A DNA stretch of 63,690 bases, filler included, from Octopus bimaculoides (lineage: Eukaryota): the NCBI RefSeq assembly GCF_001194135.2. It is 3 parts of 3 records of this genome, joined end to end, with 100 filler letters (N's around TTAATTAATTAA, not from the genome) between each part and the next. Parts side by side here need not be neighbours in the genome. Positions count along the whole stretch, not along the records: positions 1 to 29,809 come from NC_068983.1; 2 more parts are not named here. One strand, 5' to 3'. Positions 12,006 to 24,061 of this stretch are shown here, one piece after another; positions within the stretch are counted from its first letter, which is position 1, and the number at the start of each line of letters is the position of its first letter. The position numbers and the translations under genes were made by a program. The notes beneath the pieces are model-generated. The model did not search any database and had not been told where the DNA came from. It saw only the letters and a list, made by a program, of their open reading frames with translations.

Positions 12006-12340
12006 AAGGCGCATGGCTCAGTGGTCAGAGCGTCGAACTTACGACCGTGAGGATGTGAGTTCGAATCCCGGACCTTGCTGCGTGTTGTGTTCTTGAGCAA
12101 GGCACTTTATTTCACGTTGATCCAGTTCACTCAGCTGTAGAAATGAGTTGCGACGTCACTGTTGCCAAGCTGTATCGGCCCCTTTGCCTTTCCCTTGGAT
12201 AACACTGGTGGCATGGAGAAGGGGAGGTTGGTAAGCATGGGCGACTGCTGGTTTTCCATAAACCACCTTGCCCGGACTTGTGCTTCGGAGAGTAACTTTC
12301 CAGGTGCAATCCCCATGGTCATTCGTGACCGAAGGGAGTC
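12006..12340 (+). mobile_element. SINE family C (tRNA head plus V/CORE-like body); diverged copies at about 12535 and 35955
   Basis: GGCGCATGGCTCAGTGGTCAGAGCG (A box), GAGTTCGAATCCC (B box), TTCTTGAGCAAGGCACTT, CACTCAGCTGTAGAAATGAGT. Confidence 0.8.
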
Positions 12341-13192
12341 TTCGATATATATACAACGGGTTTCTTTCAGTTTCCGTCAACCAAATCCACTCACAAGGCT
12401 TTCGTTGATTTGAGGCTACAGTACAAGACACTTGCCCAAGTCGAACGCTGCCGGTGGAACATGTATCCACATTTCAGCCCAATATTTGCATGTTATTTAT
12501 AGCTTTAGGCCCTAAGCGCTAGGCCACGCGGTGTGAAGGCGCGTGGGGTCAAGCGATTAAGATGTTACACTCACGATCGACACATCATGAGTTCGATTCC
12601 CAGGCCAGGCAGCATGCTGTGCTTTTGAGCAAAGAATTCTATTCCACGTTGTTCTAGTGGCGTGTGGATACCGGCATATCAAAGAATAGATCCAATGCTT
12701 CATCTGCGAGTCGTAAAAGGCTGCAAAAAAGGTCGAAGTGGAATTTGCACTCCAGCCTCGTAAAAACCTCATCAGCAATCACTGACCACCAAACAGACGC
12801 ATGGATTGGAGGATTGTGACCCGAGCGATGCAAAGGTGTCAGGAGCCCAAGAGTAAGGAATTACCAACAAATGGTGGATGCATCGACGCGTTGTGACTGC
12901 ATATCCCCATACTACTGCTATTACTTATAGCTTTATGCGTGATTCGAGATCCAGTGTTCCCCCACAAATGAAACAGAAAAATATCATTTCACGTCTCCTT
13001 GAAAGTTTATGAATTCTTATGCTTCAAATTGCTGTATAATCCTAGTTCAGTCCTGATTGAACACATATATGAGCGAAGGTATTCCAGACATGACCATCAT
13101 GTCTGCTTTATTTCATTCAACAATCGCGTGTGATTGGTGGAAATTTGCGAGTGGCCACGTATTCTCCTCTGTTGGTGGTGGTGGTGGTGGTG

Positions 13193-13257
<65 letters not shown>

Positions 13258-13757
13258 NNNNNNNNNNNNNNNNNNNNNNNNNNNNNNNNNNNNNNNNNNN
13301 NNNNNNNNNNNNNNNNNNNNNNNNNNNNNNNNNNNNNNNNNNNNNNNNNNNNNNNNNNNNNNNNNNNNNNNNNNNNNNNNNNNNNNNNNNNNNNNNNNNN
13401 NNNNNNNNNNNNNNNNNNNNNNNNNNNNNNNNNNNNNNNNNNNNNNNNNNNNNNNNNNNNNNNNNNNNNNNNACTTAAAGCTTCACGAGGCTCCGGTAAG
13501 GGGTTGGTGGTGAACCCTGCTATACTCTTTTATCACAACTTTCTCTCACTTTTTCTCCCTGATTCTGTTGTACTTGTATTTCAAAGAGCCAGCCTTGTCA
13601 CACTCTGTGTCACGCTAAATCTCCTCCCAAGAACTACGTTAAGGGCACACGAGTCTGAGGAGTGCTCGGCTACTTGCACGTTAATTTCACGATCAGGCTG
13701 TTCCGTTAATCGGATCAACTGGAACCCTCGTCGTCGTAACCGACGGAGTGCCACGAC

Positions 13758-13823
<66 letters not shown>

Positions 13824-13853
13824 CAGCAGCAGTAGTAGTAGTAGTAGTAGTAA

Positions 13854-13897
<44 letters not shown>

Positions 13898-16224
13898 ATC
13901 ATTGTTGTTTTTGTTGTCATTGTTTAATTCCTCGTCAAACTCGATTGAAAAAAAACCTAGACTTTCACGAAACTGTCAGCTTCTGCGACTCTTATGCAGC
14001 TTCACAGCTAACATATATAAATATGTGTATCTGTACGTGTGTTTGCGTTTACACATTTGTGTGTGTATGTGTCTGTGCGTGTGTTGTAATGAGTCGTGTG
14101 TATTGAGTTGTGTGTGTTTGAAATAACTTTTCTGGAAATGAAGAATTATCTTTCAAATATCCACAAAAAAGAATAATGAAAAACCATTTCTAAGATCTGT
14201 TGAAAGATAGAAAGAAGATTTTTGTTGTTTTAGTTTAGTTGTTTTAGCAAATTTCTTCCGATATTTTTTAATCTTTGAAGAACCTCTTTTATTATATTTT
14301 TTTTATTTTTTTTATTTTTTCAAATATTGTGTCATTGTTACCACATCAACAATTGTTTACTTTAAATTTGTATGTGAATGCGTTCAACGCTGCTGCTTTG
14401 TGTGGTGTGGAGGAGGGAAGGGTGTGTTTCTGGTGGGTGGGTGGGTGGATGTATCTGGTGAGTTGGGTTAGGGGGTGCATCTGGCTGTTGTTTTAGTCGT
14501 TTATTAATTTACTTCTTTCAGACATTTGTCTGCGGCCATGCTGGGGCACCACCGTGAGGAAAATTTCTTTTTTCTTTTAGTAGAAATAATCGACCCCGCA
14601 ACTTATATTTTGAATCCTGGTACTCGTTCTATCGCTCTCTTTTATCTGAACCGCTAAGTTACGGGGATGTAAATACACCNNNNNNNNNNNNNNNNNNNNN
14701 NNNNNNNNNNNNNNNNNNNNNNNNNNNNNNNNNNNNNNNNNNNNNNNNNNNNNNNNNNNNNNNNNNNNNNNNNNNNNNNNNNNNNNNNNNNNNNNNNNNN
14801 NNNNNNNNNNNNNNNNNNNNNNNNNNNNNNNNNNNNNNNNNNNNNNNNNNNNNNNNNNNNNNNNNNNNNNNNNNNNNNNNNNNNNNNNNNNNNNNNNNNN
14901 NNNNNNNNNNNNNNNNNNNNNNNNNNNNNNNNNNNNNNNNNNNNNNNNNNNNNNNNNNNNNNNNNNNNNNNNNNNNNNNNNNNNNNNNNNNNNNNNNNNN
15001 NNNNNNNNNNNNNNNNNNNNNNNNNNNNNNNNNNNNNNNNNNNNNNNNNNNNNNNNNNNNNNNNNNNNNNNNNNNNNNNNNNNNNNNNNNNNNNNNNNNN
15101 NNNNNNNNNNNNNNNNNNNNNNNNNNNNNNNNNNNNNNNNNNNNNNNNNNNNNNNNNNNNNNNNNNNNNNNNNNNNNNNNNNNNNNNNNNNNNNNNNNNN
15201 NNNNNNNNNNNNNNNNNNNNNNNNNNNNNNNNNNNNNNNNNNNNNNNNNNNNNNNNNNNNNNNNNNNNNNNNNNNNNNNNNNNNNNNNNNNNNNNNNNNN
15301 NNNNNNNNNNNNNNNNNNNNNNNNNNNNNNNNNNNNNNNNNNNNNNNNNNNNNNNNNNNNNNNNNNNNNNNNNNNNNNNNNNNNNNNNNNNNNNNNNNNN
15401 NNNNNNNNNNNNNNNNNNNATAACCATTGGAGAAATAAAATGCAAAGAGACCTCTGTTAAAATTTATATATCAAAAATAAAGGGACGTAACTAAGTACCT
15501 TAACCGACGTAATACGGCTTCTACCATCCTCTACTATTTATACTGTCTTCAAATTTGGGTCAGCAATTTATGGGGAATAAGTCGATTACGTCGACCCCCA
15601 TATACACATATACAGGGCGAGAGAGAGAGAGAGAGGCAAAGAGAAGGAACTCAATGTGGACAAATTTAAATATTTAAATGCGGATCCTAAAATCTCTGCT
15701 GTAACTAATAATTTCATTGCAGGCAGAAGCCTTCCTGCTAAAAAAACAGCAGAGGCGATATTTAATACTGGAAGGGGTAACTCAGAGAAACATAGAAAAG
15801 CTGTGTCACATGACTGCGGATTGATGTGGAGTCATATATAGGTTGTATTTTTTCATAGGTTAGCATGGGTGTATGAGGATGCTTGTCGATATTTAGGGTA
15901 CATAAAAGTGGAGTGGTCACAGGATTCGTTGGTGGCGACCGTGGGTGGAGTGAGTAAAGTTACGTAAACTATAAATATCAACCATTGAGATGAGGCTTGC
16001 TTTTATTCTTTTATTTGTTTTAGTCATTTGACTGCGGCCATGCTGGGACACCACCTTGAAGAATTTTAGTCGAATGAATCGACCTGAGTGCTAATTTTTT
16101 TATGCCTGGCCCTTATTGTTCTAATCTCTTTTGCAGCGCTATGTCAAGGGAACATAAACAGACCAACACCGGTTGTCAGGCGGTGTTGGGAGATTATCAG
16201 AGATACACACATACACACAACACC

Positions 16225-16269
<45 letters not shown>

Positions 16270-16677
16270 ACACATATATATATATATATACTCTTTTACT
16301 CTCTTTTACTCTTTTACTTGTTTCAGTCATTTGACTGCGGCCATGCTGGAGCACCGCCTTTACTCGAGCAAATCGACCCTAGGACTTATTCTTTCTAGGC
16401 CTAGTACTTATTCTATCGGTCTCTTTTGCCGAACGGCTAAGAGACCGATNNNNNNNNNNNNNNNNNNNNNNNNNNNNNNNNNNNNNNNNNNNNNNNNNNN
16501 NNNNNNNNNNNNNNNNNNNNNNNNNNNNNNNNNNNNNNNNNNNNNNNNNNNNNNNNNNNNNNNNNNNNNNNNNNNNNNNNNNNNNNNNNNNNNNNNNNNN
16601 NNNNNNNNNNNNNNNNNNNNNNNNNNNNNNNNNNNNNNNNNNNNNNNNNNNNNNNNNNNNNNNNNNNNNNNNNNATA

Positions 16678-16800
16678 TATATGGTGTGTTGTGAATTTAT
16701 GGAAATGAATCTCATAAAACTCAACAAACTTGTTAAAAATGGAGAAGAATTTGTTGAGTTTTTTGAGATTCATTTCCATAAATTCACAACACACCATATA
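16678..16800. repeat. 123-bp hairpin: 51-bp inverted repeat, 21-nt loop
   Basis: Arms 16678-16728 and 16750-16800 differ at one position and have TA-rich ends. Confidence 0.9.
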
Positions 16801-16924
16801 CAGGAGTTATTTTCGTATTGGCAAACTTACGCCAGTAAGCTACCAGCAAAATCTGAAAAATCTATATTAGAAATCTTTTTGGGAATCCTCCAAATTAAAG
16901 GAAGAAATTTAATTCAACCTTTTT

Positions 16925-16972
<48 letters not shown>

Positions 16973-17559
16973 GCCAAAGTATATATACGACGGGCTTCTT
17001 TCAGTTTCCCCTCGAACAAATTCCACTCACAAGACTTTGGCCGGCCTGAGGCTATAGTAGAGGACACTTGCCCAAGGTGCCACACAGTGGGACTGAACCC
17101 GGAACCATGTGGGTGCTTGGGAAGCACAGTAGGACACACTGAACCGAGTATGGGTTCGTCAAAGTGCACCAGAGCGGTAATGGGGTGTGCAGGGTAGTAT
17201 AAATACATTACGAGGTAGTGACAGGAACAGAATATAATCGAAAAAGATTAATTGCTCTGGTTTTGGGGTGGTATTAAATGGGTAGACAGCATTAAGGAAT
17301 ATATGTTTTTATTTGTTTTGAGATTTTTTAGAATTAACAGTTTAATTATTGCCGGGTATTAAGTGTGAGAAGAGCAGAGGTGGTGTTAAGCACTTAAAGT
17401 GTGACGAGACAAAACTAACTTTACACAACTATCTTTAGCTATTCTGTGCATAACTATGTACAAACATATACACACACTGTCATATATTTATACACACATA
17501 CAGATATATATATATATATATACATGTACATAGATATATACACATACATATGTATGTAT

Positions 17560-17745
17560 ATATAGGGATAATTCACACAAAAAACAACAGACGAAGACAG
17601 GTGGTGCAGAAAACAAATAGATGCATTAATATAACGCTCGGGAATTGAAAAAGTCTTTAACGTTTCGAGCCTACGCTCTTCCACAGAAAGGAACACAGAA
17701 AGAAACAAGGAGAGAAACAAGGAGAGAAAAAATGTGTGTAGTGGT
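17560..17745 (-). mobile_element. Penelope-like terminal repeat family; plus-strand copy at about 39900-40075
   Basis: Shared GAAGAGCGTA(G)GCTCGAAACGTTAAAGACTTT...CCCGAGCGT(T/C)ATA; both copies run into (TA)n. Confidence 0.55.
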
Positions 17746-18046
17746 TAGCGACCCAGATACTTACTTTTGAATATACCAATATACACAAACATACATGCAT
17801 AGACGTACATGTGCAAATGTGCATGTAAGCATATTTCCTAAGGGGCAAGAAACAATATTTTTCCTATACATATATACATACATACATACATAGGAGAAAG
17901 CTAATTCGAAGGCTGGAAGTGTAAAAATCTATATAATCATGTCTATCACTTAAATCTATATGATCATGTCTAAATATGTAACTCTATGCATGAGAATACA
18001 GACATAAAACATACATACATACATACATACACACAAACAAACAAAC

Positions 18047-18153
18047 AAAAATACCCTGTGGATGTTAAAATTCCAATGAAGGAGCCCTGAATCTTGGTTA
18101 GAAACCGGTTCTTTTTCTCTTGGCTAGAAATCTTGAAATAAAACTGAACAATG
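18047..18153 (+). mobile_element. ~110-bp element flanked by CATA repeats; inverted copy at 62606-62715
   Basis: AAATACCCTG...GGAGCC...GTTAGAAACCGGTTCTTT...GAAATAAAACTGAA, present twice in opposite orientations. Confidence 0.7.
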
Positions 18154-18169
18154 ACATACATACACATAA

Positions 18170-18505
18170 CGACTGGATGACTATGGACAGCTGCTACAAA
18201 ACTTCCAGCTTCTGTATCCAGATTATAAATTCACATTTGTAGCAATAATGCACTTGACTTTGTGAATAAATGTCTAAGTGGCAATCTGGATAAGCTTGGA
18301 TTATCAGAAAACAAAATGAACCGACTAACTCGCACATTACAAATACAAAGTGTAAACAGAAATGAAACTTTTCTCGAATTAAACATGTGGTTTTGTTTTT
18401 GTTATCTACATTCCAGCGAAGGAGCTTTGTATTTTTATATCTTTGCTAGAAGCCTACTCCTTCCCCTGAGACAGAATTTTAAAAAATGAAAAACAGAAAA
18501 GAACA
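18170..18505 (+). mobile_element. 3' end of the same RLE family as 10075-11048, flanked by CATA repeats
   Basis: YGQLLQNFQLLYPDYKF matches YAELLRNLQLLYPDYKF at 10.9 kb. It is preceded by CATACATAC and its 3' UTR ends ...AAAAGAACATACATAC. Confidence 0.7.
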
Positions 18506-18781
18506 TACATACGTGTTCATAATTATTTTAGGATTTCGCTAAGGCATAGTGATTTTGTTGACCATTTATTAGAACTCAATATACGCATATTGTAGAGTAA
18601 AGAGTCAGGAGAGTGTAAATCAGAATGTGAATTAATAAATCACAAACGAACAGCAGTTACGGAAACACATTCATTGGCCTACGGCTGTTTCTGCTGTAAG
18701 ACGGATTGCACTTAGAGTTGAGTGCTCGTACGACATCTTATGGCTTCCTTGGAACCATATATGTGTGTGTACACACACACA

Positions 18782-18819
<38 letters not shown>

Positions 18820-18820
<1 letters not shown>

Positions 18821-19035
18821 GAGGGGGCGCTGCAAAGTTCCTAGCTTTGGATAAATGTAAATTAAGAAATATCAGTTAATTATGATTTCATTCAACATAT
18901 TCCCCTCTCAGATTCACACGCTTATTGCAGAGGTCCTTCAGTTTTTTTAAGCTCTGTAAAAGAATTCGGAAAGTTGGGCCTCAACCAGGACTTTCAGGAG
19001 ACTCTTAAAGCCAGGAATTTTTCAGCACCCCCTCC
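18820..19035. mobile_element. Mariner-type MITE
   Basis: TIRs of about 30 bp (CGAGGGGGCGCTGCAAAGTTCCTAGCTTT vs AAAGCCAGGAATTTTTCAGCACCCCCTCC) with TA on both sides. Confidence 0.85.
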
Positions 19036-19685
19036 TATATTTATTTAGTCATTGCAATATCTCGAAGGACACACATAATGTTATAAATGAGACCATTTAA
19101 ATATTGAGTTGGAAAACCTTCTTGAAAAGAAGAAAGCAGAAGTCAGCCTTTTACATATTTTACTTATAGCTTTATGCACTTCGAGATATTCCGAAAGAAA
19201 ATTAGTTCACGTTCTATCGAAAGTTTATAACATTCTAATGACGTCAGTATATCATATAAATATATTACATATATGATATATATAAATATATTCATACATA
19301 TATGTGGGGCGGGATGCGCGTTTGCGTGTATGAAATACATATATACATACATTCGTTATTAATGGCGAAGGTAATATTTGTTCAGAGAAAGCGATATGTA
19401 TATCTTACTTAACGTGGATATTACACAAGTAAGCCACAAAATAGCCGTATATATCTTGAGAAAGCATCTGCTGGTCCCTATTTTGTTTGCTGCGGATACT
19501 TCTATGCGAGATGCCTCCTCAAGCCGAATACAGCAGTTGTGTGGCGTTCTTAAGCAATTGTGCGCAAACGCTTCATGTCAACGGTAAGATTGAAGCTCTC
19601 AAACCTATACGGTGTGTGTGTNNNNNNNNNNNNNNNNNNNNNNNNNNNNNNNNNNNNNNNNNNNNNNNNNNNNNNNNNNNNNNNN

Positions 19686-19717
<32 letters not shown>

Positions 19718-19861
19718 ACTGGCCACAGCCCTAGGGTTGAAACGCAAAAAAGAATAAAAGAATATCGGATACGGTAAATTTTTCCAAAACACATTTGATC
19801 GGAACCATTTAAGTAAGATATAATACATCACTGTATACATTCATTATCTTCATCTCCCAGA

Positions 19862-20160
19862 ACTGATGTAGCCAGTCGTTGGGGTGCCACTCTAGATGCT
19901 ATCGCTTCCACCCATTGGCAGGTTTGCAATCTTGTCACCTGTCCAGTCTTTGATGTTGCCAAATCAGGACTTTTCTCTGTCCGCCTCTCTTTTGCCCTCT
20001 CTCAAATGTGCCCTGAAGAATGGTTTTGGACACGGAGTTATGGCAGGATATATGACCATAGAAAGCAAGCTTTCATCTTTTTTACCTGCACAAAGAGTGG
20101 TTTCCATCTGCCAGCATATTAATTGACTGGCTACCTGATAAAGCTGTTCATTTTGTACTG
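19862..20160 (-). mobile_element. RTE-clade LINE 3' fragment
   Basis: With frameshifts: FYGHISCHNSVSKTILQGTFERGQKRGGQRK..NIKDWTG, matching the RTE C-terminal motif KTILQGTxEGxRRRGRQRKxWxDNIKxWT. Confidence 0.7.
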
Positions 20161-20177
20161 ATTACGGGTTGTGTTGT

Positions 20178-20331
20178 GGAGGCGCAATGGCCCAATGGTT
20201 AGGGCAGCGGACTCGCGGTCATAGGATCGCGGTTTCGATTCCCAGATCGGGCGTTGTGAGTGTTTATTGAGCGAAAACACCTAAAGCTGCACGAGGCTCC
20301 AGCAGGGGATGGTGGCGAACCCTGCTGTACT
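20178..20331 (+). mobile_element. SINE family D head; body and tail at 13473-13750 and 28520-28690
   Basis: GGCGCAATGGCCCAATGGTTAGGGC...GGTTTCGATTCCC. AAAGCT(G/T)CACGAGGCTCC is shared with 13476, and the tail CCCTCGTCGTCGTAACCGACGGAGTGC is shared between 13.7 kb and 28.7 kb. Confidence 0.75.
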
Positions 20332-21214
20332 NNNNNNNNNNNNNNNNNNNNNNNNNNNNNNNNNNNNNNNNNNNNNNNNNNNNNNNNNNNNNNNNNNNNN
20401 NNNNNNNNNNNNNNNNNNNNNNNNNNNNNNNNNNNNNNNNNNNNNNNNNNNNNNNNNNNNNNNNNNNNNNNNNNNNNNNNNNNNNNNNNNNNNNNNNNNN
20501 NNNNNNNNNNNNNNNNNNNNNNNNNNNNNNNNNNNNNNNNNNNNNNNNNNNNNNNNNNNNNNNNNNNNNNNNNNNNNNNNNNNNNNNNNNNNNNNNNNNN
20601 NNNNNNNNNNNNNNNNNNNNNNNNNNNNNNNNNNNNNNNNNNNNNNNNNNNNNNNNNNNNNNNNNNNNNNNNNNNNNNNNNNNNNNNNNNNNNNNNNNNN
20701 NNNNNNNNNNNNNNNNNNNNNNNNNNNNNNNNNNNNNNNNNNNNNNNNNNNNNNNNNNNNNNNNNNNNNNNNNNNNNNNNNNNNNNNNNNNNNNNNNNNN
20801 NNNNNNNNNNNNNNNNNNNNNNNNNNNNNNNNNNNNNNNNNNNNNNNNNNNNNNNNNNNNNNNNNNNNNNNNNNNNNNNNNNNNNNNNNNNNNNNNNNNN
20901 NNNNNNNNNNNNNNNNNNNNNNNNNNNNNNNNNNNNNNNNNNNNNNNNNNNNNNNNNNNNNATGAACAAAATATTTTTTTGGCTGAAATATGTTTTCAGT
21001 TTATTTTCCGACTCAGTGTTAGTTTTTGTTGCAAAATATATGTAAATCGAAACATGGAAACTTAATATCGATTAAAGTTTTTAAGTAAATTATTATTGTA
21101 ATTTTAAAACGATAACAAATTAATTCTCTTAAATGAAATTTGTCTTCAATAATTTTTTCTGTATGTGTGTAAGTGTGTTCGTTATCTTTAGGATCCGATT
21201 TAGTCTTTATTATT

Positions 21215-21397
21215 TTACTTGTTTCAGTCATTTGACTGCGGCCATGCTGGAGCACGGCCTTTAGTCGAACACATCGACCCCAGGACTTATTCTTTGTAAG
21301 CCTAGTACTTATTCTATCGGTCTCGTTTACCGAACCGCTAAGTGACGGGGACGTGAACACACCAACATCGGTTGTCAAGCGAGTGGGGGGGGGACAG

Positions 21398-21437
<40 letters not shown>

Positions 21438-21590
21438 TGGGCTTCTTTCAGTTTCCGTCTACTGAATTCACTCACGAGGCTTTGGTCGGCCCGAGGCTAT
21501 AGTAGAAGACACTTGCCGAAGGTGCCACGCAGTGGGACTGAACCTGGAACCATGTGGTTGGTAAGCAAGCTACTTACCACACACCCACTC
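21215..21590 (-). mobile_element. SINE family A, full copy
   Basis: Reverse complement of the family A consensus with an internal (CA)n. Other reverse copies or halves lie near 2985, 14520, 16310, 16985, 49935 and 51240. Confidence 0.9.
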
Positions 21591-21656
21591 TTGCGCCTAT
21601 AATATACATCTTTTCTTCAGCTCAAGGTTTGTTACCTGGTTTCCCTGGCATATATA

Positions 21657-22071
21657 CTGGGCCGGATTAAGATCCATAGAGGACCTAAGCACTTAAAAGA
21701 TTTTGGTGCCTCCGTATATAGCCCATTAAAAAAAGATAAACAATAATAAACCATAAAATGAAGTTTTTATTTTTTTAAATGCAACAAAGCTGACAGTAAG
21801 ATGGAAAATACTGTTTATTTGTATATATTAATGTATATTAATGTTATTAATCTTTGTAATGTCTTTTACTTTTCTTTTTAATTGCAAAGTCTTTAATCAG
21901 ATCCTCGGAATTAATCTTACGTAACACATCTACTTCTATATTTAGGAGAGATAAGACAAGTTTAAAGTGATTTCTTTTGTGCCGTAACTCAGTTACCATT
22001 TCTGGGTTACCTCCCCTTCCCTTGATGTCCTAAGCACGTGCTTACTTCACTTATTGGTTAATCCAGCACTG
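21657..22071. mobile_element. hAT-like non-autonomous element
   Basis: Termini CTGGGCCGGATTAA and TTAATCCAGCACTG are imperfect TIRs; the 8-bp flanks CATATATA and CATTATAA are similar; CCTAAGCAC is a subterminal repeat. Confidence 0.55.
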
Positions 22072-22619
22072 CATTATAAATGAAAAAAATCAGAGCAATT
22101 CCCTTATACCCGTCGTCAGTCTATTGCAGGTTTCAAAGTCAGTGATTTTTGACGGGAGGGGGAACTTGATTGAATTTACCCAATTACTGGCTGGTACTTC
22201 ATATTATCGATCCCCGAGGAGATGAAAGGCAAAGTTGACCACGGCCGGATTTGGACTCAGATCATAAACAGCCGGAAGATACGCCACCTAAGCATTTCGT
22301 CCGACGTGCTAACGTTTCTGCGTGCTGCCGTGCGGTAAGCGCTTGAATGAAACAAATTTGCTAGTAGTAATATCTGTGATAATGACTTTTAAAAATGGGC
22401 CGTGACCACAACCTATATGCGCAGAAGTATAGTAGACTTGATTTACAAGGGAAAGATAGCCATGGCAGTATTTCAATGCACCAGCTAAATGAACGTAATG
22501 TAGTACCTTGGTTACGTAACCCGAATATCGGAGCTGATGTTCTTCAATAAGGAGTCCGGATTCTCTTAGTTTTGGTTGGGGCCGGTAAATTATTGTGTAT
22601 AACCCAGTCATCGTATCTT

Positions 22620-22850
22620 ATTTCTTTATTGCCTACAAGGGGCTAAACACAGAGGGGACAAACAAGGACAGACAAACAGATTAAGTCGATTATATCGACT
22701 CCAGTGCGTGACTGGTACTTATTCAATCGACCCCCGAAAGGATGAAAGGCAAAGTCGACCTCGGCGGAATTTGAACTCAGAACGTAAAGACAGACGAAAT
22801 ACCGCTAAGCACTTCGCCCGGCGTGCTAACGTTTCTGCCAGCTCGCCGCC
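22620..22850 (-). mobile_element. SINE family B, full copy (a diverged copy lies at about 22130-22320)
   Basis: Reverse complement of the family B consensus. Confidence 0.9.
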
Positions 22851-23175
22851 AGTCATCGTATCTGACGTACAAAATAGCTTCGGTTTTGTTTGAAGAAAGC
22901 CCTCAAGCAGACATGTTTAATATGTAGCTGGTTAGGTTTCTTAACCAAAGATTTGTGCGGACGGTAGAACAGCCAGATATGTCACTTCTGCTTTCAGCCT
23001 TCTTCATACTTAAGTATATATCTGTGAAGCTTGTATCCTATAATCTATCTATCTATCTATCTATCTATCTATTTGTCTATCTATCTATTTATCGATTTAA
23101 GTATGTAAACATTTACAGATATTTATGTACATGCTTATGTAATTATATACGTATGTGTATGTGAAAACATATATG

Positions 23176-23222
<47 letters not shown>

Positions 23223-23351
23223 ACACACATACACACACATATATATACATATTTGTGTGTGTGTGTGTGTGTACATATATTATATATACCTACACAAACA
23301 AGCAAATATGTGAATATATATACGCATTTATATAAGCATATATATGTCAAT

Positions 23352-23393
<42 letters not shown>

Positions 23394-23628
23394 GTGTGCG
23401 TGTATGCGTATGTATATATGTATGTATGTATGTTTGCATGAATTTATAAATACGTATTAATACTGATATATAATTACACCTAAGCTTATATATTTTGCCT
23501 CACATAACTAGCGTCACATTTTCATGTAAGCATGCCGGCTTTTATGTAAATGTAAATGTACATATATGGAAACAAAAAAGGAACACGTGATAAAACATGG
23601 CACATACTGCACGCGCACAAGCACACAT

Positions 23629-23659
<31 letters not shown>

Positions 23660-24010
23660 CACACGCATACCTACCCACCAAAGTACCGACGCCAATTACA
23701 GGCATACATTCTCAGTACATATAAGCTGTAGACAATAATTCTCCGGGAGTTTTTGTAATCAAATTAATTAGTAATTTTGAATTAACATTAATTATGTGAC
23801 TCATAACATTTCGATTTCTACATGGATATACTCTTGTTCGTGTTTACAGCCTTAACGATCATATATTGTATTAGTTCAGCTTCAATGTCATTAGCTAGCG
23901 GCTAATGATATTCAACTTAGAAATGCTATTAGCTCGTGGTACTTTTAAAGATAGATTTTCTTCTAGATTACTATAATTTTACTAGCCCTTGTTGCTATTG
24001 ATATTATTAC

Positions 24011-24061
<51 letters not shown>

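Noticed and set aside
20178-20255. tRNA gene (also 12006-12075)
   Set aside because: A and B boxes are present, but no clean cloverleaf or acceptor stem was found and the sequence continues into repeated SINE bodies.
4951-20969. Long ORFs full of X in the track
   Set aside because: Their length comes from N gaps.
22309-22611. 100-aa minus-strand ORF between two SINEs
   Set aside because: No recognisable domain, no good splice sites, and no cysteine pattern matching the VWC gene.
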